In this document: one piece after another, positions 1 through 9,204 of the stretch
Layout of the letters: every line of letters begins with the position of its first letter
Position numbering within the stretch: position 1 is the first letter of the stretch
Source: an uncultured delta proteobacterium
Lineage (GTDB): Bacteria; Desulfobacterota; Binatia; Binatales; Binataceae
DNA length: 64,000 nt
Assembly (NCBI GenBank): GCA_963794325.1
Contig: CAWCDG010000004.1
Span: 544,001-608,000 of the forward strand
Direction: 5' to 3'
Made by a program: the position numbers and the translations under genes
The notes under the pieces: generated by a model
Databases searched by the model: none
What the model saw: the letters and a program-made list of their open reading frames with translations, nothing else
What the model was told of the DNA's origin: nothing

Positions 1-703
1 GCACCATCGCGAGCGCAGTCTTGACCGCCTGGTTGCGCAAGTCGGGGAAGAACAGCGGAATCTGCGTCGAAATCAACTGACCCTTGTAAACGACGGTCAG
101 CGCCGACAGGCTGCAGAAATAAAATAGCTCGGGATCGAACAGGCCGAGGGTTTCCGCCGCGGAAGTGGCGCGCTTGCGAATCACGTACAGCTTGCGCTCG
201 AGCGCCTCGATGCCTTTGATGTCCGGACTTGCCGCGATGAACACCTGGCGGATCGCGGGCATCCCGCGCCGCGCGATATCGCCGCACTCGGATTCGACCA
301 CCGGCACGTCGCGCCATCCGAGGATTCGCTGACCTTCCTCATTGACGATTTTCTCGAACGCGTCCTCGCACTCTTTGCGCTTGACCGCGTCGAGCGGCAG
401 GAAAACCTGGCCGACGCCGTATTCGCCGGGCGCGGGCAGTTTGAATCCGATCCGCTCGGCCTCGCTCGCGAAAAAATCATGCGGAATCTGCATCAGGATT
501 CCGGCGCCGTCGCCGGTGCGCGGGTCGCATCCGCACGCTCCCCGATGCGTCAGGTTGTCGAGCACCTGCAGCGCCTTGACGACGATGTCATGCGAGCGAT
601 CGCCCTTGATATTGACGACGAAGCCGACGCCGCACGCGTCATGCTCGTGCGCGGGATCGTAGAGGCCCTGCTTTTTCGGAATGCTTCGATAGTTATGCAT
701 CAT
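1..703 (-). CDS. gltB: Glutamate synthase large subunit, N-terminal part (runs off the window start)
   Basis: Manual translation from ATG 703: MMHNYRSIPKKQGLYDPAHEHDACGVGFVVNIKG...HRGACGCDPRTGDGAGILMQIPH, the GltB amidotransferase N-terminus. ATGA overlap with the upstream Lrp gene stop. Not in the ORF track because no stop lies in the window. Confidence 0.95.
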   Translation of the reverse strand, partial: MMHNYRSIPKKQGLYDPAHEHDACGVGFVVNIKGDRSHDIVVKALQVLDNLTHRGACGCDPRTGDGAGILMQIPHDFFASEAERIGFKLPAPGEYGVGQVFLPLDAVKRKECEDAFEKIVNEEGQRILGWRDVPVVESECGDIARRGMPAIRQVFIAASPDIKGIEALERKLYVIRKRATSAAETLGLFDPELFYFCSLSALTVVYKGQLISTQIPLFFPDLRNQAVKTALAMV

Positions 704-1263
704 GACACCCGCCTTGGATCCGGCGGCGCGGATTTCGCAGCTGCGTGGCGATGCCGTCTGCCGTTGGCGGGCTCGTGCGAGTCGCCATTGGTATGCACTG
801 AGATCAGACCGCGCTCGGTATGCGTCGACAGCACCACCATCGTCTCCGTCCGCGCCACTCCCTCGATCGAGCGGATCGCGCTGATGAGCCGCTCGAGCGA
901 CGAAGTGTTCTCGGTTTTGACTTTCATCATGAGGGTGTGCTCGCCGGTGACGTGATGGCATTCGAGGACGTCGTCGAGCAGCGCGACGGATTCCTCGAAC
1001 AGCGAAATTGTTTTCGGATGCGCGATCGACACGCCGATGAAAGCGGTCACGTCCTTGCCAAGACGCGTCGCATCGACCGTGGCGTGATAGCCGATGATGA
1101 CGCCGCCGTCCTCGAGTTTTTTGACGCGCTCGTTGACCGAAGGCGCCGACAGCCCGACGTGCTCGCCGAGCTTGACGAGCGGAATCCTGCCGTGTTCCTG
1201 CAGCAGAGCGATAATCTGCAGGTCGATAGCATCGAGTTCGGGGGAATCACCGCCGAATTTCAT
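700..1263 (-). CDS. Lrp/AsnC family transcriptional regulator
   Basis: LDAIDLQIIALLQEHGR...VGLSAPSVNERVKKLE HTH plus ECHHVTGE RAM domain. Confidence 0.93.
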   Translation of the reverse strand: MKFGGDSPELDAIDLQIIALLQEHGRIPLVKLGEHVGLSAPSVNERVKKLEDGGVIIGYHATVDATRLGKDVTAFIGVSIAHPKTISLFEESVALLDDVLECHHVTGEHTLMMKVKTENTSSLERLISAIRSIEGVARTETMVVLSTHTERGLISVHTNGDSHEPANGRRHRHAAAKSAPPDPRRVS

Positions 1264-1289
1264 AAGGTTATCCTCGTCGTGAGTCGATG

Positions 1290-1318
1290 AAGATAAAAGA
1301 AAACCAAAACTGTGTCAA
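1290..1318 (-). promoter_or_regulatory. sigma70-type promoter for lrp-gltB
   Basis: TTGACA (1318-1313), 17-nt spacer, TATCTT (1295-1290) on the minus strand. Confidence 0.6.
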
Positions 1319-1588
1319 GTGTTTATAAGGAGGAAGCTAAATAAAACGACTGTTTATTAAGTACAGCCGGTGCTCTCCGATGAAACATAGGGCAATCGTG
1401 CCAAACGCCTACGCTCATGATGAACCTTTAGGCATGCGACGACAGCTTGCGGAGGCCCGCCGGCATTTGCGGTTAGGATGCTAATCGAAGCGCAGCGGTC
1501 GTGCCGCCAGTCGACTCGGGGACCCTCGGACAATTAGATTATCCTCACCTGATACCGGCCGGGCTTAGTTCAGCCAAAAAGAGAAATC

Positions 1589-2695
1589 ATGGCGCGGTTC
1601 ATTCCAGGCCTCGAACTCAATCGTATGTATTATCGCGAGGCGGTCGCGCCGATTCTCGCGGCAAACTTTGCGCAGCTGAAATATTCGGCTGCGCTGATCA
1701 GCTACGGCTCGGACGTTCTCGGCTACGACTCGGAGCGATCGACCGATCATGAATGGGGTCCGCGCCTCCTGCTCTTCCTTGACGAGCGGGACCATGATGC
1801 GCTCGCCCCTCAGATCGCTGAAACGCTGGCGAGAGATCTGCCGCCCACGTTCCACGGCTACTCGACGAATTTCTCGAAGCCTGACGCGAACGGAGTTCGT
1901 TGCATGGTTCCCGGCGAAGCGGGCCGCATCGATCACCATGTGTACACGCACACGGTTCCCCGCTTCGCTCGCCTGATGCTCAACATCGAACCTGGGCAAA
2001 CGCTCGACGCTGTTGACTGGCTCTTGATGTCGCAACAGAAGCTGCTCGAAATCACCAGTGGCGAGGTCTTCCACGACGGGCTCGGCGAACTCGCGCCTCT
2101 CCGCAAAACGCTGGCCTGGTATCCGCGCGATGTCTGGTTATTCATGATGGCGGCGGGATGGTACCGAATTGCGCAGGAAGAGCATTTCGTCGGCCGCTGC
2201 GGCGAAGAGGGCGATGACCTCGGCTCGAGGCTCGTCTGCGGGCGGCTGGTTCGCGACCTGATACGGTTGTGCCTGCTGATGGAGCGCCGGTATGCGCCGT
2301 ACAGCAAGTGGCTGGGCACGGCGTTTTCGCGTCTCGCGTGCGCCAGCGGACTTAGCCCGAGCCTCCGCGCTGCAATATCGGCGAACTCATGGCAGGAGCG
2401 CGAGGAGCATCTGTGCGCCGCGTACGCGGCCGTTGCGCGGATGCATAACTCGCTGGGCGTCACCGCGGCGCTCGATACCTCGACAATGCAATTCCACGGG
2501 CGTCCCTACCGCGTGCTCGGAGCCGGACGATTTGCGAAAGCGGCCAGCGACGCGATCGCCTCCGAAGAATTAAAAGCTATCTACGTAGCGGCGAACGGAA
2601 TTGGCGCGGTCGATCAGTTCGTCGACAGCACCAACCTGCTTGGCCGCGCAGACCTGTGCGCGCGCCTGCGCGTCCTGTTCAAGCCGGCAGCTTGA
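1589..2695 (+). CDS. DUF4037 domain-containing protein (nucleotidyltransferase-like)
   Basis: GSDVLGYD..RSTDHEWGPR and YAPYSKWLG motifs typical of DUF4037 proteins. Confidence 0.8.
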   Translation: MARFIPGLELNRMYYREAVAPILAANFAQLKYSAALISYGSDVLGYDSERSTDHEWGPRLLLFLDERDHDALAPQIAETLARDLPPTFHGYSTNFSKPDANGVRCMVPGEAGRIDHHVYTHTVPRFARLMLNIEPGQTLDAVDWLLMSQQKLLEITSGEVFHDGLGELAPLRKTLAWYPRDVWLFMMAAGWYRIAQEEHFVGRCGEEGDDLGSRLVCGRLVRDLIRLCLLMERRYAPYSKWLGTAFSRLACASGLSPSLRAAISANSWQEREEHLCAAYAAVARMHNSLGVTAALDTSTMQFHGRPYRVLGAGRFAKAASDAIASEELKAIYVAANGIGAVDQFVDSTNLLGRADLCARLRVLFKPAA

Positions 2696-2728
2696 GGACG
2701 CTATAACCTCTCGTCGGACGACGAGAGG

Positions 2729-2856
2729 AGGTCTTCCCGCCCAACAACTTCCTAACAGGGCGCGAGCCCGCATCCTTTCTTTCTTAATACTGGGTGCAGG
2801 GGTCACCCCTGCCGAAGGAAGTTTGAAACCCACCGTGGGTTTCAAATTAAATCAAG
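2729..2856 (+). repeat. Three-hairpin intergenic repeat, family A, copy 1
   Basis: Stems GGGC-gcga-GCCC, GCAGGGG-tca-CCCCTGC and TGAAACCC-accgt-GGGTTTCA. Homologous to 34667-34777 (minus), 34874-34979 (plus) and 21703-21728. Confidence 0.85.
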
Positions 2857-2885
2857 TGATTTGTCCTTCCCGTTTCTAGCGCACG

Positions 2886-3692
2886 TCACTCGCCTTTGAA
2901 GTTTGCGGCGCGCTTCTCTACGAATGACTTCGCGCCTTCGAGATGGTCCTTTGATGTGAGCATCAGGTGTTGGCCGTGGCGCTGGTAGTCGAAGAAGTAC
3001 GGCAGATTGAGATTGAGACCGACGCGCAGAGCCTCCTTCGCGAGGCGTTGTGCGAGCGGGGCCTGCGCCGCGATTTTTTTGGCGAACGCTGTGGTCGCTT
3101 CGCCGAGCTGCGCGTGCGGGACGACTTTGTTGACCATCCCGATGCGCTCGGCTTCGGCGGCGTCGATGATGTCGCCGCTCAGGATCAGTTCGTACGCGCG
3201 TGCGAGTCCGATCAGTCGCGGCAGTATGAGTAGTCCGCCTGCCTCGGGAATCAGTCCGCGACGAATGAACACTTCGCCGAAGCGCGCCTGGTCGGAACAG
3301 ACCCGCATATCGCACATCAACGCGATGTCGCATCCGTAGCCGACGGCGGCGCCGTTGACCGACGCGATGGTCGGCTTCGGATAGGTGACGAGCAAATCGA
3401 GCGCGACGGGGCGATGCTCGCGCCATTCCTCAACCAACTTGCGCTGCGCAGGCTTGGCGTCGCGAAATTCGGGATTGAGAAAAATTTCCTTGACGTCGTC
3501 ACCCGCGCAGAACGCGCGGCCCGCGCCGGTCAGCACGACGACGCGCACGCTGTCGTCCGCTTCGGCGTCGTGCAACGCGTCGATCATCTCATCGTAGGTT
3601 TTGATCGTCGCGGCGTTCATCGCATGCGGCCGATTGATCGTGATCGTCGCGATTGCGTCGCGCTTGTCGTAGAGAATGTCGCTGTATGCCAT
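2886..3692 (-). CDS. Enoyl-CoA hydratase/isomerase family protein
   Basis: Start MAYSDILYDK at 3692; AFCAGDD, AVGYG and GLIPEAGG crotonase motifs. The ORF-track extension overlaps amt. Confidence 0.92.
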   Translation of the reverse strand: MAYSDILYDKRDAIATITINRPHAMNAATIKTYDEMIDALHDAEADDSVRVVVLTGAGRAFCAGDDVKEIFLNPEFRDAKPAQRKLVEEWREHRPVALDLLVTYPKPTIASVNGAAVGYGCDIALMCDMRVCSDQARFGEVFIRRGLIPEAGGLLILPRLIGLARAYELILSGDIIDAAEAERIGMVNKVVPHAQLGEATTAFAKKIAAQAPLAQRLAKEALRVGLNLNLPYFFDYQRHGQHLMLTSKDHLEGAKSFVEKRAANFKGE

Positions 3693-3715
3693 CGCTCTAG
3701 CTCCTCGCGTGTGTT

Positions 3716-5155
3716 TTACGAATGCGGGTAGGCGTCGCTTCCCATTTCTAGCGCATCGAGGCCCGACCATTCCACTTCCACCAGCACGCGGTTGCCGACG
3801 GTGCGCTCGACGATTTTGAAGAACAGCATCGCCAGTCCGAATACCACGACGATGTTCACCGTCACGCCGATCAGCTGCGCGAAAAATTGGCCGACGTCGC
3901 CATAGAGCAGCCCCGTCACTGGACCGGCGACGCCGTTCCATCCATCGCCGTAGGTGCCGTCGGCAAACAGGCCGAGTGCGAGCGCGCCCCATATTCCGCA
4001 TGCGCCATGGACGGCGATCGCGCCGACCGGATCGTCGATTCGGAAGCGGCGTTCGATCTCGAGGACTGCCCACACCACCAGCAGTCCCGCAACGGTTCCG
4101 ATCAAAACCGCGGCCGCCGGCGTTACGAATGCGCATGGGGCGGTGATCGCGACGAGTCCGCCGAGCAGGCCGTTGCTGGCCATCGCGATGTCGGGCTTGT
4201 TGTAGCGATGCCACAGATAGAGCAGTGCCGCGAGCGCTCCGGCGGCCGACGACAGCATCGTGTTCACGCCAATGATCGCGATTCGTGGATCAGATGCGGC
4301 CAACGTCGAGCCGCAGTTGAAGCCGAACCATCCGAACGCGAGTATCAATGTTCCGCTCACAGCCATCGGCAGGTTGTGTCCCGGCAGAGCGCCGATTGTG
4401 CCGTCGCGCCGGAATTTTCCGATGCGCGGGCCCACCATGTAAGCGCCGGCGAGTGCGGTCACTCCGCCCGTCATATGCACGACTGACGATCCCGCGAAAT
4501 CGAGATGTCCGTGGCCGAGGCCCAGATTGACACCGAGCTGCGAGAGCCATCCGCCGCCCCACACCCAGTTGCCGTACAGCGGGTAGAGGAACATCGACAT
4601 GAAAATTCCGTAGATGAAGAACGCTTTGAACTTCCATCGCTCGGCCATCGCACCGGTGGGAATGGTCGCGGCGGTGTCCATGAACACCAGCGTGAATAGA
4701 AACATGCCGAGGCTCGCCGGATCGCGGCTGACGTTGAGCAGCGCGAACTTGCTGAACCCGAGGATGCCGTACGAATGCGCCCCGATTGTGATCGACAGCT
4801 CGTGATGACCGATCGCGCCCATGCCGAGGGACGGCCAATGCGCGACGCCGCCCATCATGAAGCCGTAGCCGGTGAGCCAAAACCCGAGGATGCCGATCGG
4901 ATAGATGATCAGGTTCATCGCCATGGTATTGACCGCGTTCTTGGAGCGCGTGAACCCGGTCTCGACCATCGCGAATCCGAGCTGCATGAACATCACAAGG
5001 AAGCCGGCGACCAGCAGCCATGCGAGATTCAGTGAATTGTCCAGCGGTGGCGACGACGCGGCGGTCTGCGCATTCGCGACAACGGGAAAGGCGAAAAGCG
5101 CCGGCGCAATGAAAACCGCGGCGACCAATCCGGGTTGCGATCGTCTCGGCATCAT
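3716..5155 (-). CDS. amt: Ammonium transporter (Amt family), copy 1
   Basis: FMQLGFAMVETG, DFAGSSVVH, GWFGFN and DDPVGAIAVHG (twin-His intact). Likely start ATG 5155 overlaps the kinase stop (ATGA). Confidence 0.95.
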   Translation of the reverse strand: MMPRRSQPGLVAAVFIAPALFAFPVVANAQTAASSPPLDNSLNLAWLLVAGFLVMFMQLGFAMVETGFTRSKNAVNTMAMNLIIYPIGILGFWLTGYGFMMGGVAHWPSLGMGAIGHHELSITIGAHSYGILGFSKFALLNVSRDPASLGMFLFTLVFMDTAATIPTGAMAERWKFKAFFIYGIFMSMFLYPLYGNWVWGGGWLSQLGVNLGLGHGHLDFAGSSVVHMTGGVTALAGAYMVGPRIGKFRRDGTIGALPGHNLPMAVSGTLILAFGWFGFNCGSTLAASDPRIAIIGVNTMLSSAAGALAALLYLWHRYNKPDIAMASNGLLGGLVAITAPCAFVTPAAAVLIGTVAGLLVVWAVLEIERRFRIDDPVGAIAVHGACGIWGALALGLFADGTYGDGWNGVAGPVTGLLYGDVGQFFAQLIGVTVNIVVVFGLAMLFFKIVERTVGNRVLVEVEWSGLDALEMGSDAYPHS

Positions 5156-6168
5156 CTCGTCTGCCCTCGATATGACCGGCGCGGAGGAGTTTTCGCCGCC
5201 GGGAAACGGTTTGCGAGCCAAATCAGGAATAGAAATGCTCCAATGAGTGACGTGAAAAACGCTACGTAGCCAAGCCGGCGGCGCATGTTCTGCATCGCGA
5301 GGCTGCGTGGATGGAGGTGCTCGGCGCGATTCTGCGGGACGACCCGCGATGGATCGCGCAGGTCTTCGATCATCTGGCCGGCCGTAGCATAGCGGTCGCG
5401 CGGATTGCGCTCGATCGCATGGAGCACGATCTCTTCGAGCTTGGGATCAAGATCCGGCTTGAATGCGCTCGGCGGCTGCGGATCTTCCGCGGTCTTGGAG
5501 CGCATCACGTTGTAAACATTGGGGCCCGAGTATGGCAGGTGGCCGGTCAGCATTTCGTAGAGAATCACGCCGAGCGAATAGACGTCGGTGCGGACGTCGC
5601 CGCGCCGGCCGCTGACCTGCTCGGGCGCCATGTAGTCGGGAGTGCCAATCGTCGATGACAACCCGGACCAGGTCAGTCGCCGCGCGGATTCGTCGAGCGC
5701 GATTCCGAAGTCCATGATCTTGGTCTGCCCTTCGGCGGTCACCAGGATGTTTTCCGGCTTCAGATCGCGATGCACCACGCCTTCGCCGTGCATGTACACG
5801 AGTGTCTCCGCCAATTGGCGCGCGAGACCAAGCGCCCGTTCCGCCGGCATCCCGTCGGCGCTGCGCATCAACGCGCGCAGCGAATCGCCCTCGATGTACT
5901 CCATCGCGATGTACATGCGGCTCTTCTTTCGCGGCGCGAGAACCTTGACGATGCCCGGATGGTTGAGGCGGAGCCCGACTTCCTCTTCGCGCTGAAAGCG
6001 GCCGTAGAAAACCACGTCGCTCTCGAACTGCATGTAGGGGACTTTGATCGCGACGGTGTTGCCGTCGATTTGATCGATGGCTTTGAAGATCGACGCCATC
6101 CCGCTGCGCGCGATCACCTCGATCAACTTGTACTGATCGAGGTTTTCACCGACGCTGACCTCGCGCAT
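5152..6168 (-). CDS. Hanks-type Ser/Thr protein kinase with a C-terminal transmembrane helix
   Basis: VAIK, HRDLKPEN, DFG, GTPDYMAPEQ, DVYSLG; hydrophobic LGYVAFFTSLIGAFLFLIWLA near the C-terminus. Confidence 0.95.
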   Translation of the reverse strand: MREVSVGENLDQYKLIEVIARSGMASIFKAIDQIDGNTVAIKVPYMQFESDVVFYGRFQREEEVGLRLNHPGIVKVLAPRKKSRMYIAMEYIEGDSLRALMRSADGMPAERALGLARQLAETLVYMHGEGVVHRDLKPENILVTAEGQTKIMDFGIALDESARRLTWSGLSSTIGTPDYMAPEQVSGRRGDVRTDVYSLGVILYEMLTGHLPYSGPNVYNVMRSKTAEDPQPPSAFKPDLDPKLEEIVLHAIERNPRDRYATAGQMIEDLRDPSRVVPQNRAEHLHPRSLAMQNMRRRLGYVAFFTSLIGAFLFLIWLANRFPAAKTPPRRSYRGQTR

Positions 6169-6245
6169 TTTGTAGACCGTCTCGGGGTAAAAGGGTCAGC
6201 GGACGTTAACATCCGGCACTCCGCCAAGGGAAGGGCCCGACGGCT

Positions 6246-7082
6246 TCATCGCCGGAACAATCGGCTCAGGCGGTCGCGCCAGCCGCCCGTCGCCGCTGTG
6301 TGGCCGGTGTGGGAGGTCATGCGGAAGACTGCGCAGGTCAGGTTGTCGCGCGTGCCGCGACTGTTGGCGGTATCGATCAGAGTGCGGCAGGCGGTTTCGG
6401 CGTCGACGTCGCGGGTTAGCGATTCGAGTTCCTTGTCTTCGAGGGTGTTGTAGAGGCCGTCGCTGCATAGGATCAGCCGGTCGCGTTCCATCAGCGGCAG
6501 AGTGATTCGATCGATCGACGCTATCAGCTCGCGACCAAGGCTGCGCAGAAGCATCCCGCGCTCGGGATGAGTCTTCGCGCGCGCGGCGGTCATCAGGCCC
6601 AGCCTGACCTTGTCTGCGACCATCGTGTGATCTTTGGTGACCACCGAGATTGAGCTGTGGCGAATCAGGTGCAACCGGCAATCTCCGATATGCACCGCCG
6701 ACAGAATCCCCTTGTCGACTGCGACCGCCGTCATCGTGGTCGCCATGCGCGACAGTTCCGGCACGGTCAGCGCCTTGTCATGAATTCCGATATTGGCCCG
6801 TGTGATCGCGCGATAGAGCCGCTTGGCCGATCCCCAAGCCGGCGGGCTTTCGCGGTAAGCTTCGAGCAGGATGTCGACCGCCATCCGGCTGGCGATTTCG
6901 CCGCCTTCGTAGCCGCCGACGCCGTCGGCGACCGTGAACACCACGCTGTCAGGACTCTCGATGTAATGACCGCACGAGTCTTCATTGTCGGGCCGTGTCG
7001 TGCCGACATCGGACAGCAGCGCCAATTCGAATGCCTGCTCCGCAGAAGGAGGAGCGGAAATTGGCGAATCCATTTCCGGCAA
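6246..7082 (-). CDS. PP2C/PPM family Ser/Thr protein phosphatase
   Basis: RPDNED, VADGVGG, HIGDCR, LCSDGL and DNLT motifs. Confidence 0.95.
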   Translation of the reverse strand: MPEMDSPISAPPSAEQAFELALLSDVGTTRPDNEDSCGHYIESPDSVVFTVADGVGGYEGGEIASRMAVDILLEAYRESPPAWGSAKRLYRAITRANIGIHDKALTVPELSRMATTMTAVAVDKGILSAVHIGDCRLHLIRHSSISVVTKDHTMVADKVRLGLMTAARAKTHPERGMLLRSLGRELIASIDRITLPLMERDRLILCSDGLYNTLEDKELESLTRDVDAETACRTLIDTANSRGTRDNLTCAVFRMTSHTGHTAATGGWRDRLSRLFRR

Positions 7083-7133
7083 ACTACCCAGAGAAACGAC
7101 CTGACGTAAAGTCGATTAGGAGTGAACGGCCAA

Positions 7134-7165
7134 GGGGCGGGCCGCGATCGCTCGCGGCTCGCCCC
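7134..7165. terminator. Strong GC hairpin between the APC permease and PP2C genes (terminator or mRNA stabiliser)
   Basis: GGGGCGGGCCGCGA-tcgc-TCGCGGCTCGCCCC, about 14-bp stem; weak U-tract. Confidence 0.5.
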
Positions 7166-7198
7166 AGGGATTTATTCGCCAGACCAGCCTGTTCGGGA

Positions 7199-8854
7199 TC
7201 AGGCGGGCTTGGTTACGAGAATCGTCTCTTTGCCCTTCTTCTTCGAGTTACGTAGGAAGTAAATCGCTCCGTAGATTCCCCAAATCACCGAGATGCCAAC
7301 TGCCATCAGCGGTTCCTTCACACTGCCGAGTCCTTCGATTGGCCCGATGATGTAGAACGCCATGCAGGCAAAGTTCGCAATCGCGCCGAAAACCGGGATG
7401 ACCATGTGCTTGAAGCCGCTGAATTCGTGGTGTTCGCGGAAGGCTACAATGGCGACGATATTGGTCAGTCCGTACAGCGCGAAGGTGCCAAAGTTTGAAA
7501 CCAATGTCACCAGGGCCAGTCCGTTGGGCAGCGATGACAGCGACGCGTTGGAGCTCATTCCGACCGCATACCAAAGGTTGTGCGGCAGGGTCGCGATAGT
7601 CTTGTCATCCGGGGCTGCCGAGCCGGCGAAAAAGTATAGTGCAGCGTATGCGCCGAGGACCGCCGAAATCGTGGCGAGCGTCCAGATTGCGCGATGCGGC
7701 GTGAGGTTCTCGCCGTGGAGAATTCCGAAATGCTCCGGCACTTCGTCATCCCGGCCCATTGCGTAGGTCACGCGGGCACCGGTGTTGATGCAACTCAATG
7801 TCGTTCCGATCAGGGCAAGGAACACCGTCAGGGCTTCCATGAGCATGAAGGCCTGCCCGTGCCCGCCTAACAGCGCGTTCCCAAGGATCACCATCATGTC
7901 GCCGATCGGGGCCGCAGATCCTTTTGCATCCGCAAGGCTGTATGCACTGCTCAGGAAATAGTTAGCCGCGAAGTATTCGATCAGGTAGCAGAACAAGCAT
8001 TGGATCGTCAGCGAGAGTATGACGGCGCGCGGGATATCGCGTTTCGGGTTCAACGCTTCCTCACCGAGCGAGGTGACTGACTCAAAACCAACCAGCAGCA
8101 GGATAGCTACCGTCGCCTGAAGCATCACCCAGTTGAAGTTGTGCGGAAGTATTACCGACAACGCGCTCGTATGAGACGGCGTGTCGCCGGTCAGAGAGTA
8201 GTGCAGGACCTTCGAGGTTCCGTCCAGGGCGAGACCCGTCGAGCCGTCGGGATGTCCCAGGCGGTAGGCGATCGCCAACGCCGAAAAGAACAGCAGCGCG
8301 ATGATCTGAATCGCGTTGATCGCGATGTTGACGTTGGTCGAACCGTTGACGCCCTGAAACGCGATCCACGCGACCGCGTACGAGAAAACGATCGCAACCA
8401 GCGCCATGAAGACCGGCCCGGGCACGCCCGCGTTCATCGTCGAAGGCGCGACGCTACCGACGATGTAGCCGATCATTACGCCCATGGTCGCGACCATCAC
8501 GCCTGGATAGACCCAGTAGTAAAGGTGCGACGCCCACCCAATTGTGAATTTCGCGATGCGTGCAAACCGGTATGCGTGGGTCTTGCCGAGGAACGCCTGC
8601 TCGGCAAAGAGATACGAACTGCCTGCCCCTGGATAGAGTTTGGCCAATTCCGAGTACGAGATCGCCGTCGCATATGCCAGCACCAAGGCCGCGAAGATTC
8701 CTGCCCACATAGCGAGACCAGACGGATATGCGTATCCAGCCTGCACGACAAACGTGATCCACAGGAAAGCTCCTGGGGCGATGAGCGCCATCGCATTGAC
8801 CGTGACTCCGGTCAAGCCGAGGGTCGGCACCATCTTTTTCTGTTCTTCAGCCAT
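7199..8854 (-). CDS. APC family amino acid/amine permease
   Basis: About 12 TM segments; MALIAPGAF (TM1), YPGAGSSY, GFES...LGEEALNPKRDIPRA. Confidence 0.92.
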   Translation of the reverse strand: MAEEQKKMVPTLGLTGVTVNAMALIAPGAFLWITFVVQAGYAYPSGLAMWAGIFAALVLAYATAISYSELAKLYPGAGSSYLFAEQAFLGKTHAYRFARIAKFTIGWASHLYYWVYPGVMVATMGVMIGYIVGSVAPSTMNAGVPGPVFMALVAIVFSYAVAWIAFQGVNGSTNVNIAINAIQIIALLFFSALAIAYRLGHPDGSTGLALDGTSKVLHYSLTGDTPSHTSALSVILPHNFNWVMLQATVAILLLVGFESVTSLGEEALNPKRDIPRAVILSLTIQCLFCYLIEYFAANYFLSSAYSLADAKGSAAPIGDMMVILGNALLGGHGQAFMLMEALTVFLALIGTTLSCINTGARVTYAMGRDDEVPEHFGILHGENLTPHRAIWTLATISAVLGAYAALYFFAGSAAPDDKTIATLPHNLWYAVGMSSNASLSSLPNGLALVTLVSNFGTFALYGLTNIVAIVAFREHHEFSGFKHMVIPVFGAIANFACMAFYIIGPIEGLGSVKEPLMAVGISVIWGIYGAIYFLRNSKKKGKETILVTKPA

Positions 8855-8936
8855 CTTGCCTCCTTCGATTCACGGCGGAGGTTTGTCCGCCGCGGCGCGC
8901 GTCGCTCCCGTTACGGGCGGGAGCACAGAGGCTCAA

Positions 8937-8952
8937 AGCATGAAAAGTGCCA
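8937..8952 (-). promoter_or_regulatory. sigma54 (-24/-12) promoter upstream of the APC-PP2C-kinase-amt unit
   Basis: TGGCACTTTTCATGCT on the minus strand (GG-N10-GC), about 85 nt upstream of the APC start, preceded by an AT-rich tract. Confidence 0.7.
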
Positions 8953-9095
8953 TTTTAAAAACGAATGAATACCGATGAAAAATGCAACGCAGTGCACAAA
9001 GGAAAGGCACCCGCCTGTTTGACAGTCATCAGCGCGGTAAAATCCGGTCCTCAGTACTCTCTAATTGGCCAGCGACTCGAACCGCCAGTTAGCCA

Positions 9096-9137
9096 GGCCG
9101 GCCCCGAGTCGGTGGCTGATTCCGACTGAGGCCGGCC
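9096..9137. terminator. Hairpin downstream of amt copy 2
   Basis: GGCCGGCC..AGTCGG ... CCGACT..GGCCGGCC inverted repeat. Confidence 0.45.
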
Positions 9138-9204
9138 CGTTGGTTCCGTGCGCATGGATGACTCCCGTAAAGTCTCCATGCTGCAGCCCACATCGCGAAG
9201 GTTC

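Noticed and set aside
1574-1589. 16-bp exact match CCAAAAAGAGAAATCA with 57335-57350
   Set aside because: Low-complexity and A-rich, with no flanking similarity or shared context; probably chance
2886-4214. Apparent long N-terminal extensions or fusions in the ORF track (crotonase, LLM 20436, ribH, hisF, argF, argD, hslU)
   Set aside because: The extensions overlap upstream genes and read as Arg-rich junk; internal starts match family N-termini
9019-9043. Plus-strand sigma70 promoter TTGACA...TAAAAT antisense to amt2
   Set aside because: The spacer is only 13 nt
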